Assembly: GCA_963764725.1 (NCBI GenBank)
Contig: CAVXTM010000016.1
Location: forward strand, 449,186 to 513,185
Direction of reading: 5' to 3'
DNA: 64,000 nt
Source: an uncultured Gammaproteobacteria bacterium
GTDB lineage: Bacteria; Pseudomonadota; Gammaproteobacteria; JACCXJ01
Below the pieces are notes generated by a model. It was not told the DNA's origin. It made no database searches and worked only from the letters and a program-made list of their open reading frames with translations. A program made the translations under genes and the position numbers. Position 1 is the stretch's first letter, and each line of letters begins with the position of its first letter. Below, one piece after another: positions 41,909 to 52,011 of this stretch.

Positions 41909-42526
41909 ATGCGACGTTCAAGAGAAGAGGCGGCTAAGACGCGACAAGAGATCATTAAAGCCGCATCGACACTCCTTCGCGAACGAGGGTTACATGGGAT
42001 TAGTGTGGCGGAGCTGATGAGCGAGATCGGACTTACCCATGGCGGATTTTATACCCATTTCGACTCCAAAGAGGCACTCGCCTCTGAAGCCATAGAAGCC
42101 GCATTCGGTGAATCGGTGCGTGGTTGGCATAAAGTATTGGAGAGCGCACGGACCAAGAGCGGCTTCGCCAGCCTCGTCGATCTCTACTTGGGAGAAAAAC
42201 ACCTCAGGGATCCGGGGACGGGTTGCGCCGTACCCGCCCTTGGAAGCGAAATCGCGCGCGCGGGCCCTGTGGTGCGGGAAAACGTCGCCAAGGGGATTAA
42301 TGAAATGATCGAGATCTTTTCGAAGCAAATAGAAGGCACGTCGCCTGAACGCAAAAAGGAGCGGGCAATTGCCACCGTCGCCTGCCTGGTTGGCGCGATA
42401 GTTATGGCCAGGTGCGTCAATGACCGAACAACCGCACAATCGTACTTGGAAGGCACCCGCAGACAATTGTTAAGCAACCAGGCGGCAACCCCATCAAGAT
42501 CGAAGAAAAAGCCCAGCCGTTCCTAA
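41909..42526 (+). CDS. TetR/AcrR family regulator
   Basis: MRRSREEAAKTR..GISVAELM..GLTHGGFYTHFDSKEAL; GCAVPALGSE. Confidence 0.95.
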   Translation: MRRSREEAAKTRQEIIKAASTLLRERGLHGISVAELMSEIGLTHGGFYTHFDSKEALASEAIEAAFGESVRGWHKVLESARTKSGFASLVDLYLGEKHLRDPGTGCAVPALGSEIARAGPVVRENVAKGINEMIEIFSKQIEGTSPERKKERAIATVACLVGAIVMARCVNDRTTAQSYLEGTRRQLLSNQAATPSRSKKKPSRS

Positions 42527-42849
42527 CTTAGCCGTGTCAATCTCGATGCAGTTCAACGCCGATGGCGAGCCGGACCACGGTGCGCGGCCGTTCTCCGGGA
42601 ATCCGCCCGTGGCGCGACCTGTTGCCGCGACTGACCGGAAGAGGTCCGAGGCGCCGCGCCCGGCGCCATCCAGGTAGCTGCCGACTACAGCCAGCTCGGG
42701 AGCCTGCTCATGGTGCAGATCTGCTTGGCCTCGCCCTGCCCTTCCGGCGCGATCTCTTCGCCCGACTCTCCAACCTCCGCAGCGCTTGACGCGGCGCCGC
42801 GCGGCTGCCAGGATCAGACCCCGGTGGCAATCATCGCGGAGGCGGAGCT

Positions 42850-43308
42850 ATGCTGGATGCGATCAAGGCGTTCTTCGAAGAGCATATTGCGCTGTGTGGC
42901 CCCGACGGGCCGCAGGACGAGGAGCACCGGCTGCGCCTGGCGGTAGCGGTCCTACTCGCAGAGGTAGTGCGCATGGATGAGGAGATCGCCGAGGCTGAGC
43001 GGGCGCAGGTCCTCGCCTCGATCGCCGAGAAGTTCGAGCTCGACGCGAAGGAGGCCGCAGAGCTTATGGCGCTTGCCGAGGAGGAGGCGCGGGAAGCCAC
43101 GGATTTCCATCAGTTCACCTCCCAGATCAACCTGACCTTCAGCCCCGCGCAGAAGGTAAAGCTCATCGATCACCTGTGGCGAGTCGCCTACGCCGACGGC
43201 ATCCTGCACAAGTACGAGGAGCACCTTATCCGCAAGGTCGCAGATCTTCTCCATGTGCCCCATGAGCAGTTCATCGCCACCAAGCTCCGCGTCCGGGGTG
43301 ACGCCTAA
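42850..43308 (+). CDS. TerB family protein
   Basis: LAVAVLLAEVVRMD, LWRVAYADG..YEEHLIRKVADLL. Confidence 0.85.
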   Translation: MLDAIKAFFEEHIALCGPDGPQDEEHRLRLAVAVLLAEVVRMDEEIAEAERAQVLASIAEKFELDAKEAAELMALAEEEAREATDFHQFTSQINLTFSPAQKVKLIDHLWRVAYADGILHKYEEHLIRKVADLLHVPHEQFIATKLRVRGDA

Positions 43309-43356
43309 GCAGGTTGCTGAAAACGGATCCCCGTGGGCAATCCCGACGAAACCTGA

Positions 43357-43989
43357 TTAAGCCACTGTCCGACTGACAACGGCAAGCCAAGGCTGTGCAG
43401 CGCGAGGGAGTCCCTGCGGTCGATAGTAGTGTTTTATGATCTCGAAACCGGCCGATTCCAGCAGTAGCTGATAGGTAGCGAGTTCAAGGTAAGTGCCGTA
43501 GCGATTTCCCTGCCATCCCTCGCTGTTTCCTCTGGGATTTGAAGAAAAAAGTACTCCTTGTGGTTTTAGTGCGGACCTTAGCTGTTTTAGGACCCTGGTC
43601 ATTTCCTGTGAAGGAACATGAAAGAGCGAAGCATTTGCAAAAATACCGTCGACAAACTGCTCCGGTAATTCTAGTTTAAGGAAATCTTGGTGGAGCACCG
43701 GAAGACCGGTCAGTGATTTCGCCATCTCACAAAATTCGTAGCTTCCATCTAAGCCAATCGCATGATGTCCCTCGTTCTTAAAAAAGAGAAGATCGCGGCC
43801 CGGACCGCACCCCAGATCCAAAAGCGATAGACCTTTTTGGTTGGGCAAAGCCGACAATAATGCCTCATAATTTTGCGTCACATCGTGATCTTTTGTCCCG
43901 TGCCAAAAACTATTGGCATTTGCGTTGTAATGTTCAATCGTAGCGGAGCTGATCCTTTCTAACTCATTGGGCGACCAGAACTTACGCAT
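43357..43989 (-). CDS. Class I SAM-dependent methyltransferase
   Basis: LDLGCGPGRD, DGIFANASLFHVP. Confidence 0.9.
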   Translation of the reverse strand: MRKFWSPNELERISSATIEHYNANANSFWHGTKDHDVTQNYEALLSALPNQKGLSLLDLGCGPGRDLLFFKNEGHHAIGLDGSYEFCEMAKSLTGLPVLHQDFLKLELPEQFVDGIFANASLFHVPSQEMTRVLKQLRSALKPQGVLFSSNPRGNSEGWQGNRYGTYLELATYQLLLESAGFEIIKHYYRPQGLPRAAQPWLAVVSRTVA

Positions 43990-45166
43990 GGCAATATCGC
44001 CTTACCAAATAAAGATCTTTTGTTCCATGAAAGATATTCAGAAACTGGACTGGGGTCAAATTACCTCTCTTAATTTTCCTTTTTCAGATTACGAGTACCT
44101 ACTGGCGCTTGAAACGAGTCAGAGTGTTGGGAGTGAAACGGGTTGGATACCTCGCTACCTCACTGTATGGCAGGAAGTCGAGCTTGTGGGAGCAACCTAT
44201 GTTTATCTGAAAACTAATAGTTATGGAGAATACATTTTTGACTGGGAATGGGCGGCTGCCTATCATCGGTACGCGCTGCCATACTATCCAAAGCTGGTTT
44301 CTGCCATACCGTTTACTCCTGCTACGGGTGCCAAGATCCTGTTACGCCCGAATGCGGACAGAGAAGCTGTCTCGCGGGCACTAATTTCTGCGATGCTGGC
44401 ATTGGCTGAAGAGAAAGGGTGTCATTCCGTGCATTGTCTTTTCCTCCCGCCGGAGGAAGTCCCTCATTTCTCTGAAAGAGGTTTTTTGATAAGACATAGC
44501 TTTCAGTACCACTGGCTTAATAGAGAGTATCGGGACTTCCCCGATTTTCTGGACCATCTTAAGACAAAACGAAAAAAACAGATCGTACGGGAACGAGAAC
44601 AGTTAATAGCACGAGGGCTTGAGATCCGAGTTGTTACAGGTGAGGCTATTCGTCCTAGACATGCCGGCATCATGTACCGGTTCTACCTTTCGACGATAGA
44701 TAAAATGGGCGGTTATCCCTATCTCACGCCTCGCTTTTTCGATACGGTAATAGCAACGATGAGAGATCGACTGGTCCTTATTTTGGCCTACGACCGGGGA
44801 GCGGAAATAGCAGGCACGATCAACTATCGAAAAGGGGATCATCTTTACGGCCGCTATTGGGGCGCTGATGAAGACGTGAGGCACTTACATTTCGAGCTTT
44901 GCTATTACCAGTCCATTGACTATGCCATACGCAATAAAATCACACTCTTTGAAGCTGGGGCTCAAGGCGAACATAAGGTTCCGCGCGGCTTTCTCCCGGA
45001 ACTTAACTACAGTGCACATTGGATTTTTCATCCGCAGTTTCGAACTGCAATTGCCCAGTTCATCAATGAGGAAAAAGCTCTAATAAGCCGACTCATCGAC
45101 GATAAGCTAGGCAGCTCTCCTTACCATCAACAAATTCAGGGTTCAGGTCGTGTACCAACGATTTGA
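43988..45166 (+). CDS. GNAT/FemAB-like acyltransferase (DUF482 type)
   Basis: SYGEYIFDWEWA, YYPKL..PFTP, LYGRYWG, LHFELCYYQ, EAGAQGEHK. Confidence 0.9.
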   Translation: MAISPYQIKIFCSMKDIQKLDWGQITSLNFPFSDYEYLLALETSQSVGSETGWIPRYLTVWQEVELVGATYVYLKTNSYGEYIFDWEWAAAYHRYALPYYPKLVSAIPFTPATGAKILLRPNADREAVSRALISAMLALAEEKGCHSVHCLFLPPEEVPHFSERGFLIRHSFQYHWLNREYRDFPDFLDHLKTKRKKQIVREREQLIARGLEIRVVTGEAIRPRHAGIMYRFYLSTIDKMGGYPYLTPRFFDTVIATMRDRLVLILAYDRGAEIAGTINYRKGDHLYGRYWGADEDVRHLHFELCYYQSIDYAIRNKITLFEAGAQGEHKVPRGFLPELNYSAHWIFHPQFRTAIAQFINEEKALISRLIDDKLGSSPYHQQIQGSGRVPTI

Positions 45167-45189
45167 TCTATACGAGTGGGATCCGCGAC

Positions 45190-45684
45190 TCATAAACCAC
45201 CGCCGACCCCGAAGCCAAAGTAAAACTGGGGGTACCAAGCAGCGTCTCCGGGCTCCGGCCACAAGTAAATCTGAATCGCCTTTACAAGCGGGTATGTGTA
45301 AGGATGTTCACCTATGTTGCGAATGAGCACGTTTTCCAAAACTCCATAGACCGTTACCTCGCGATCGGCACTATAGATCGCCCGGTCAAGAAACGCGTCG
45401 CTATCGGCTATGAACCGCCCGAGTGATACGTCGCCTGGTTCGGGTCGGCCATCGGTGCCGAGCGCTATAGCAAGGATTTCCACTTCCGTTTTGTTTCCTA
45501 CACTCTTCGTATGCACGATTCTCCCGCCCCACCGAACGCGTCGTTTCACGAATGCCTTGGGGTTATGTTGTACGTCAGCCAAACTAGGATTGTCTGCCAG
45601 TGGTTCGCGGATCACGAGCGGCACGTCGCTTGCGCACCCACCAAGCAAAAACAGGAGTAACAAGCCGCCTAAGACTTGTTTCAT
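45190..45684 (-). CDS. Slp family outer membrane lipoprotein
   Basis: LGGC lipobox, VRWGG, GRF..FLD..Y..R.VTV.G, Y.YP. Confidence 0.85.
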   Translation of the reverse strand: MKQVLGGLLLLFLLGGCASDVPLVIREPLADNPSLADVQHNPKAFVKRRVRWGGRIVHTKSVGNKTEVEILAIALGTDGRPEPGDVSLGRFIADSDAFLDRAIYSADREVTVYGVLENVLIRNIGEHPYTYPLVKAIQIYLWPEPGDAAWYPQFYFGFGVGGGL

Positions 45685-45703
45685 TACTGTTTTCTGAGTC
45701 GGA

Positions 45704-46138
45704 TCAAGAGGGCCGATGTGGTAACGGGGATACAATCCCTAACTGCTGTAACATGCCAAAGGTATCTGCGTTAATCCAATCTTCCTCGATCTTGCCAGCA
45801 ACAATGGAGTAAATCGCTTGCCCCGTGATTCTCATGGACTTGCCCGTCGGTTCAATGCTCAAGAGCTTTCCTTTGTGCGTGCCGTATGCTGACCAGCGAA
45901 GCGCAACCTTCTCCCCCTCGGCAACCATGTCGTCGGCCCTGACTTGCAGGTCAGGGAAAGCAGCGCAAAACAGTCGAACATATTGCTTAGCTCCTTCAGG
46001 GCCGCGGCTCAGATCGGGAATCGTGTTAGAGTGAATGACCGCGTCGGGAGCGACAATCTCGTCCAAAATATCGAGCCTTCGCTGATTCCAGACTGCGTCA
46101 ATAAGACGGTAGATGATTGCTTTGTTCTCGTTTGACAT
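45704..46138 (-). CDS. SnoaL-like ester cyclase
   Basis: AAFPDL, AEGEKVALRW..GTHKG..PTGK. Confidence 0.88.
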   Translation of the reverse strand: MSNENKAIIYRLIDAVWNQRRLDILDEIVAPDAVIHSNTIPDLSRGPEGAKQYVRLFCAAFPDLQVRADDMVAEGEKVALRWSAYGTHKGKLLSIEPTGKSMRITGQAIYSIVAGKIEEDWINADTFGMLQQLGIVSPLPHRPS

Positions 46139-46591
46139 ACGACTATCTCCACAAGCTGTTCGTGGCGAGTGAGTAGTCTACGCCGCTCGGGAGGTTTGCA
46201 ACAGGCGACTACCGTGTGACAACTCCCGAAATTTATGGTCGGCCGTCCCGCTGGCTACTGACGGTGTACTAGACGATCCGTGTACTCGAACGGGTGGAAA
46301 TACTTGCACGTATCTTTCGTCTTGGCCTCGACCCGGCTGCGCTCATGTGCACGCTTGCCGCCGACAATTGATGAAATTGGAGAAAAATACTAGGTATGGT
46401 TTCGGCATATCCGATAGATGACAAAACATTCCATAGCTTTTTGTGTCCATATCAACTATAATTTACTTGTTGCAGTACACGTCTTGTAGTCAGTTCGGAA
46501 GTCCCTCCAGTTTTTTCGGTAGTTACTCCCGCAATGTCGTCTTCAGGATCGGGTTTGCACCATTCCAATTCAACCAAACAGAGGTATTTCC

Positions 46592-46795
46592 GTGATTACA
46601 GGAATAGTAAAGTGGTTCAACGACAGTAAGGGCTACGGCTTCATTACCCGGGAGGACGGCGGCAAGGATGTGTTCGTGCATCACTCTGCCATCCAGGGTA
46701 ACGGCTTCAAGTCCCTGGCGGAGGGTCAAAAGGTGACCTTCGACGTGGAGCAGGGTCCGAAGGGCCCGTCGGCGGCAACAGTCCAGCCGGCCTAA
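46592..46795 (+). CDS. cspA: Cold-shock protein
   Basis: [24 protein letters not shown]; long AT-rich 5' region. Confidence 0.95.
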   Translation: MITGIVKWFNDSKGYGFITREDGGKDVFVHHSAIQGNGFKSLAEGQKVTFDVEQGPKGPSAATVQPA

Positions 46796-46825
46796 ACATC
46801 AAGCACTGCGTAAGCAGGTTTCACG

Positions 46826-46856
46826 AGACCCCGCCACCCGGCGGGGTCTTTTTTTT
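46826..46856 (+). terminator. Rho-independent terminator of cspA
   Basis: AGACCCCGCC-ACCC-GGCGGGGTCT followed by a T-run. Confidence 0.9.
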
Positions 46857-46883
46857 GGAGGAAGGCGAGGGAATGATACCTTT

Positions 46884-49346
46884 ATGAATGAGGCCACTCG
46901 CAGAAGGTTTCTGAAGTTCATGGGCCTTGGTGCCAGCGCCATTGCCGTCTCGTGCATGTCCAGATCCAGGGAGAGCCTGTTTGCGCCGGCCGCGAAGACC
47001 GGCAAACCCGGCGGCCTGACCCCCCTGCGCCTGCCTCATCCGCTACCCATCTATTCGGAAAGGAACAGCTGGCTCGCGACGGGGATCGGTGGGATAGGCG
47101 TGATCAAGCACTCACACGACCTTGTTAACCTGACTCAATATACGCTTATCGACGACGTCGTGGTCCCGCCGGAATACGAATACTATTTGATCGCAAGCTG
47201 GGGTGACCGCTTGTTCGCCGACCCTGATCACTATGTCGGCTACAATCACGATTACACGGCCTTTGTGCCGCTCAATGACAGTGACCACGATGGCTGCCTC
47301 TACATCAACCATGAGTACGTATCGTACCCGTTCTCGAAGCTCTCGCCCGATACGCCGGCCGACATCGCGTCGTTGGGAACCGCATTCGAGTCCTTCCCGC
47401 TTGTCGTCGGCTTTGCCTTACCGACAACCAAAGACCGCCAGGTGTTAGGCGAGATGTTGTACAACTGCGGCGGCACGGTCGTGCGGGTCCGCCGCACTGG
47501 GCGCCACGGTAAGAGCGCCCGGTATGAGGCCGTGGCGGGCGATGCCAAGAATCGCCGCATTCATGGACTCTCGGGGCTTGCCATCAACGCAGAGCGAGCG
47601 CCGACCGACCCGTACCAGGCGGTGACCGCCTGGGGGAGCCTTTCCCATCAGCAAGGTGACAGAAGCTTTTTGGTCGGGACCGGGCCGGCGGCGACGGACG
47701 TGTTCGAGGGCGTCAATGCCGATGGCCTGGGCAATCGCATCATCGGCACGGCTTATAATTGCTCGGGGGCCAGAACCCCGTGGGGCACGGTCCTCTCCGC
47801 CGAAGAGAACTTCCACGGCAACGCCACGTTCTTCATAGGCGTGCAGGAAGGTGTGCTGCCGAACGGCAGTCAGACCGGCTACATCACGGGGACGAGCGGG
47901 GCCGAGTTCGGACTGCTCGGGGAGAAATACGGCTGGATGGTCGAGATCGATCCTCGGGGTCCCGAATCGCGCGGCAAGAAGCACACGGCCCTCGGTCGCT
48001 TCCGGCACGAGAACATCGCCATGCGCGCCGAGCGCGGTAAACCCATCGTCGTGTACCTCGGTGATGACCGGCGCGGCGGCCACACCTGGAAATACGTCAG
48101 CCGAGCGAATGTCACACACGAGCAGGACCCCGCCAACAGCGGGTTGCTTGCGGAGGGCACGCTCTATGTCGCGAGATTCATGAGCGACGCTACGGGCATC
48201 TGGATCCCGCTTGAGCTTAACACGCTGGTAGATCCCAACGCGCCCACCGTTCTGAGCTCAGCGGAGCGTGCGGCACGGACGGACGGCAAGGCGCAACGCG
48301 ACGGCGGGGTGCTCCTGCCAAGACGCAATGGCATTGCAGGGCAGACCAGCGATGGCGGCTCGCTGGCAGTGACCTTGAACGGGGTCAGTAGCCCCATCGT
48401 GCTCACCGAGGCGGAGGCGCTCGAGAGCTACAGAACGAAAGGCGGCAGCAAGCCGGCCGGGACGGTGCGGCTATCGGACTATTATACCAGTCAGGGTGCG
48501 CTCCTCTGCGACGCCTTCCTCGCCGCCAACCTCATCGGCGGCACGCCCTGCTCACGACCTGAGGACATCGAGATCCATCCCCTCACCCAGCACGTGTTCA
48601 TCGCCATGACCGATGGGGCGGCCGGCAGCGACGGCTATCCCGACTCGCGTGTCTTTGTCCTCGGAAAATACGGCGCTGGCGTTGCGGAGACGCAGCCCCA
48701 CGGTGGCCTCTATAAGATCATCGAAGACGCAAGTGACGGCACGGGCATTACCTTTACCTGGGACCGCTTCCTCCAGGGTGGAGAGGCGGGCGCCGAGGGT
48801 GGCACCGGCTTCGCCGCAATCGATAACCTCGTGTTCGACCGGCGCGGAAATCTGTGGCTCGTGACCGACATGTCGACCGAGCGGCACAACGGCTTCGCCC
48901 TTGGCGCGAACCCGGCACAGAAGACCATCGATCACACGGTCATCAACGAGGCGGCAAGCGATCTCGTTGGCGTGTTCGGGAACAACTGGCTGTTCTACGT
49001 ACCGACAATGGGCGCAGATGCCGGTAAGGTCGTTCCCTTCGCGTACGGACCGCCCCGCTGCGAGATGACTGGTCCGACTTTTGTAGGCGATACCTTGTTC
49101 CTTTCGGTGCAGCATCCGAGCGAGGATTCGATTCCGAACGACGGCACCCCGGCGAGCAGACTCAACCGTGACCTCGAGCTGCTCGGTTTGGACGGCAACA
49201 CGTTCATGCAGAACCGCACGCTACCGCGCGGCAGCAACTGGCCGAGCAACCTCGGCGGCAACGCGCTTGGGGCGCCCAAACCGGCAACGATCGGGATCCG
49301 TCGCATCAACGGTGGTCCGTTTGTCCCGGGCGACGACCTTGAGTAG
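46884..49346 (+). CDS. phoX: PhoX-family alkaline phosphatase (Tat-exported)
   Basis: TRRRFLK, INHEY, NCSGARTPWGT..EEN, GRFRHE, RPED, DNL, CEMTGP, SVQHP. Confidence 0.9.
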   Translation: MNEATRRRFLKFMGLGASAIAVSCMSRSRESLFAPAAKTGKPGGLTPLRLPHPLPIYSERNSWLATGIGGIGVIKHSHDLVNLTQYTLIDDVVVPPEYEYYLIASWGDRLFADPDHYVGYNHDYTAFVPLNDSDHDGCLYINHEYVSYPFSKLSPDTPADIASLGTAFESFPLVVGFALPTTKDRQVLGEMLYNCGGTVVRVRRTGRHGKSARYEAVAGDAKNRRIHGLSGLAINAERAPTDPYQAVTAWGSLSHQQGDRSFLVGTGPAATDVFEGVNADGLGNRIIGTAYNCSGARTPWGTVLSAEENFHGNATFFIGVQEGVLPNGSQTGYITGTSGAEFGLLGEKYGWMVEIDPRGPESRGKKHTALGRFRHENIAMRAERGKPIVVYLGDDRRGGHTWKYVSRANVTHEQDPANSGLLAEGTLYVARFMSDATGIWIPLELNTLVDPNAPTVLSSAERAARTDGKAQRDGGVLLPRRNGIAGQTSDGGSLAVTLNGVSSPIVLTEAEALESYRTKGGSKPAGTVRLSDYYTSQGALLCDAFLAANLIGGTPCSRPEDIEIHPLTQHVFIAMTDGAAGSDGYPDSRVFVLGKYGAGVAETQPHGGLYKIIEDASDGTGITFTWDRFLQGGEAGAEGGTGFAAIDNLVFDRRGNLWLVTDMSTERHNGFALGANPAQKTIDHTVINEAASDLVGVFGNNWLFYVPTMGADAGKVVPFAYGPPRCEMTGPTFVGDTLFLSVQHPSEDSIPNDGTPASRLNRDLELLGLDGNTFMQNRTLPRGSNWPSNLGGNALGAPKPATIGIRRINGGPFVPGDDLE

Positions 49347-49373
49347 CCATTGATAGAAGGAAGGTGACCGACG

Positions 49374-50264
49374 TCACGGGGAGGCGCGACGATCGCGCTC
49401 CGGCAACCGCAATAGGGGCTGTCCGGTAAGGATAACGGTTCCTTCTTTCACGTGCTCGCACGGCTTGAAGCCGTCGGGCGCGAATACGATAATGGTTGAT
49501 CCGTGCTGAAACCAACCCATCTCCTCGCCCTTGCGGAACGACGCATCGCAGGGGATGACATTCGGCCCGCGATGCTTGAGATGCAGCAGGATATCGAGGA
49601 AGTGCAGGCGGATGCTGGCGACGAGCACCGCCGCGACCGCCACTAAGGTGACCGTATGCCCCGTCGCTTCCAGCCGGGTCTCAAGTATCGCCCGCTCGTT
49701 TTTGCAGAAGAGCTTTTCAACACGCTTGAGCGCGATCGGGTTTAGGTTCCACGTGTCTCCGGACAGGTAGGCAACCTGCTTGACTCGACAGTCATGCGGG
49801 GCGTGGAACCGGTGGTACATGCTCGAGGTGATCCGAAGCGTGACGTAGCAGCCGTCGCGGTAGACACGCACCAGCTCCGAATCGCCGAGCAGATCGTGCA
49901 GCGTGTACGGGAAGCCTTTGGCCTGGATTAGCGTGGTGCCCTCGATGCGGCCCGCAGCGCCGACAATAGCGTCACATGGGGACGCGAGCACGGCGGGTTC
50001 CGGGTCGATCGGCCGCGCCCCGTCTTTGAGCTCCCTTGTAAAGCAATCGTGCATGCTCCGGAACTGCGTCTTCTTGGCTTCCTCCAGGTTTAGGTCGGCG
50101 AAAATTCGCCAAACGCCGATCGACAGATCGCGCACGAGCGGGTGCTCGATCTGGCTGAACCAGCCCATGAGTTGGGTGAGCAGACGCCGCGGAATGCGGT
50201 TCGTCAGGAGAAAATTGAGGTCTTCCTGCTGGAAGATCCGGGAAATCACGGATCGCACGGTCAT
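49374..50264 (-). CDS. psd: Phosphatidylserine decarboxylase-family proenzyme
   Basis: SPCD, YHRFHAP, NER, GWFQHGST self-cleavage motif. Confidence 0.85.
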   Translation of the reverse strand: MTVRSVISRIFQQEDLNFLLTNRIPRRLLTQLMGWFSQIEHPLVRDLSIGVWRIFADLNLEEAKKTQFRSMHDCFTRELKDGARPIDPEPAVLASPCDAIVGAAGRIEGTTLIQAKGFPYTLHDLLGDSELVRVYRDGCYVTLRITSSMYHRFHAPHDCRVKQVAYLSGDTWNLNPIALKRVEKLFCKNERAILETRLEATGHTVTLVAVAAVLVASIRLHFLDILLHLKHRGPNVIPCDASFRKGEEMGWFQHGSTIIVFAPDGFKPCEHVKEGTVILTGQPLLRLPERDRRASP

Positions 50265-50301
50265 CGTATTGTAAAGTCGCTCACGTAGGGTTCCGAGACT
50301 C

Positions 50302-51951
50302 GTGGACGCAACATTGGTTTTGTACGCGCTCAGCGGCGCCGTATTGGTCGCGTCGCTTCAGCAACTGAAGATGCGCCTCGCGCTTTCCAAGGCGAAGCAC
50401 CGGTCGTTGTCCGGCCATTCCCGTATCGCGCGACGGATCGCAGCGCTCGTACCGTTCTACGAGTACGACGAGGCGCGGTTCTTCCGATCCGACGATGCGC
50501 CGGAAGATATAGCCGCCCGTCGCCGCGCCGGTTTCATGCGGCTTGCGGATCTCTATCGGGAGCGCTTCCCGGAAACGCTGCGGCTCACCGTGGAGGTCGA
50601 GGACAGCATCTCCGATCTGCAGTTTACCGGCGCCTACCGCGTGCCCTTCCAATACAGCCGCTTCGTACGCCGGCACCTCAAGGCAGGGGCGTTCGTCCGC
50701 TCGTCCTCCGGAGTCAGCCTCACCGATCTCGACGGCAACCGCTTCTATGATCTGACCGGCTCCTACGGCGTGAATGTCTTCGGCTACGACTTCTACAAGG
50801 AGTGCGTGGCGTGCGGCATTGAACGCGTGCGCGCGCTCGGACCCGTGCTCGGCGCCTATCATCCCGTCGTCGCTTACAACGTGCAGCGGCTGACGGAGAT
50901 CGCCGGGCTCGAGGAGGTGTCGTTCCACATGTCCGGCACGGAGGCGGTCATGCAGGCAGTAAGGCTTGCGCGCTACCACACGCGGCGGTCGCACTTGGTG
51001 CGTTTCTGCGGGGCTTACCACGGATGGTGGGGAGATGTCCAGCCGGGTGTCGGTAACCCCTTGCCGGCGCGCGAAACCTATACCTTGAAAGACATGGACG
51101 ATGATACGCTTCGAGTGTTGAGCAAACGCCGCGATATCGCTTGCGTTATTGTAAATCCGCTGCAAGCGCTCCATCCGAACGCGAACGCGCCGGGTGACGC
51201 CGCACTGGTCGACAGCGCGCGCAGCGCATTCTTCGATCGGGCGGCCTACACCGAATGGCTGATGCGGCTGCGCGCCGTCTGCACCGAGCGCAAGATTGCG
51301 CTGATATTCGACGAGGTCTTTACCGGCTTTCGACTTGCGCCGGGCGGGGCCCAGGAGTACTTCGGTGTCCGGGCCGACATGGTCACCTACGGCAAGACCC
51401 TCGGCGGTGGCTTGCCGATTGGCGCCGTTTGCGGTCGCCGGGACTTGATGAAGCGCTTTCGCGAGGATCGCCCGACGGACATTTGCTTCGCTCGCGGCAC
51501 CTTCAACTCGCATCCCTACGTCATGGGAGCCATGCACGAGTTCCTGCAGCGCCTCGACACCCTGCAGGTTCGAGCGCTGTACCGCAACCTCGATGAGATC
51601 TGGAGCGACCGGGCCGAACGGCTCAATCGACGCCTGCGGGAGGAAGGCCTGCCGGTGCAGGTGGCGAGCCTGTCGTCGATCTGGACCGTCTGCTACACGC
51701 AGCCATCGCGCTACAACTGGATGCTCCAGTACTACCTGCGCGCTGAAGGACTGGCCCTGAGTTGGGTGGGTACCGGCCGCCTCATCTTCAGCCTCGACTA
51801 TACGGACGCCGATTTCGACGCGGTCGCGGACCGGTTCGTGGCAGCCGCCCGGGCCATGCAGCAAGAAGGCTGGTGGTGGTCGGGCCCTGCGTTGACGAAC
51901 AGATCGATCAAGCGCCGTATTCTGCGAGAGATCATCGCGCACCGCTTCTGA
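50302..51951 (+). CDS. Class III PLP aminotransferase (GSA-aminomutase-like) with N-terminal membrane anchor
   Basis: DLDGNRFYD, MSGTEA, YHGW, IFDEVFTGFR, TYGKTLGGG. Confidence 0.88.
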   Translation: MDATLVLYALSGAVLVASLQQLKMRLALSKAKHRSLSGHSRIARRIAALVPFYEYDEARFFRSDDAPEDIAARRRAGFMRLADLYRERFPETLRLTVEVEDSISDLQFTGAYRVPFQYSRFVRRHLKAGAFVRSSSGVSLTDLDGNRFYDLTGSYGVNVFGYDFYKECVACGIERVRALGPVLGAYHPVVAYNVQRLTEIAGLEEVSFHMSGTEAVMQAVRLARYHTRRSHLVRFCGAYHGWWGDVQPGVGNPLPARETYTLKDMDDDTLRVLSKRRDIACVIVNPLQALHPNANAPGDAALVDSARSAFFDRAAYTEWLMRLRAVCTERKIALIFDEVFTGFRLAPGGAQEYFGVRADMVTYGKTLGGGLPIGAVCGRRDLMKRFREDRPTDICFARGTFNSHPYVMGAMHEFLQRLDTLQVRALYRNLDEIWSDRAERLNRRLREEGLPVQVASLSSIWTVCYTQPSRYNWMLQYYLRAEGLALSWVGTGRLIFSLDYTDADFDAVADRFVAAARAMQQEGWWWSGPALTNRSIKRRILREIIAHRF

Positions 51952-52011
51952 CGGTCTCCCCGCCCATTTCCGTCCGGCCGCACTGTATAGGGGCGACCGC
52001 GACCCGCACCC

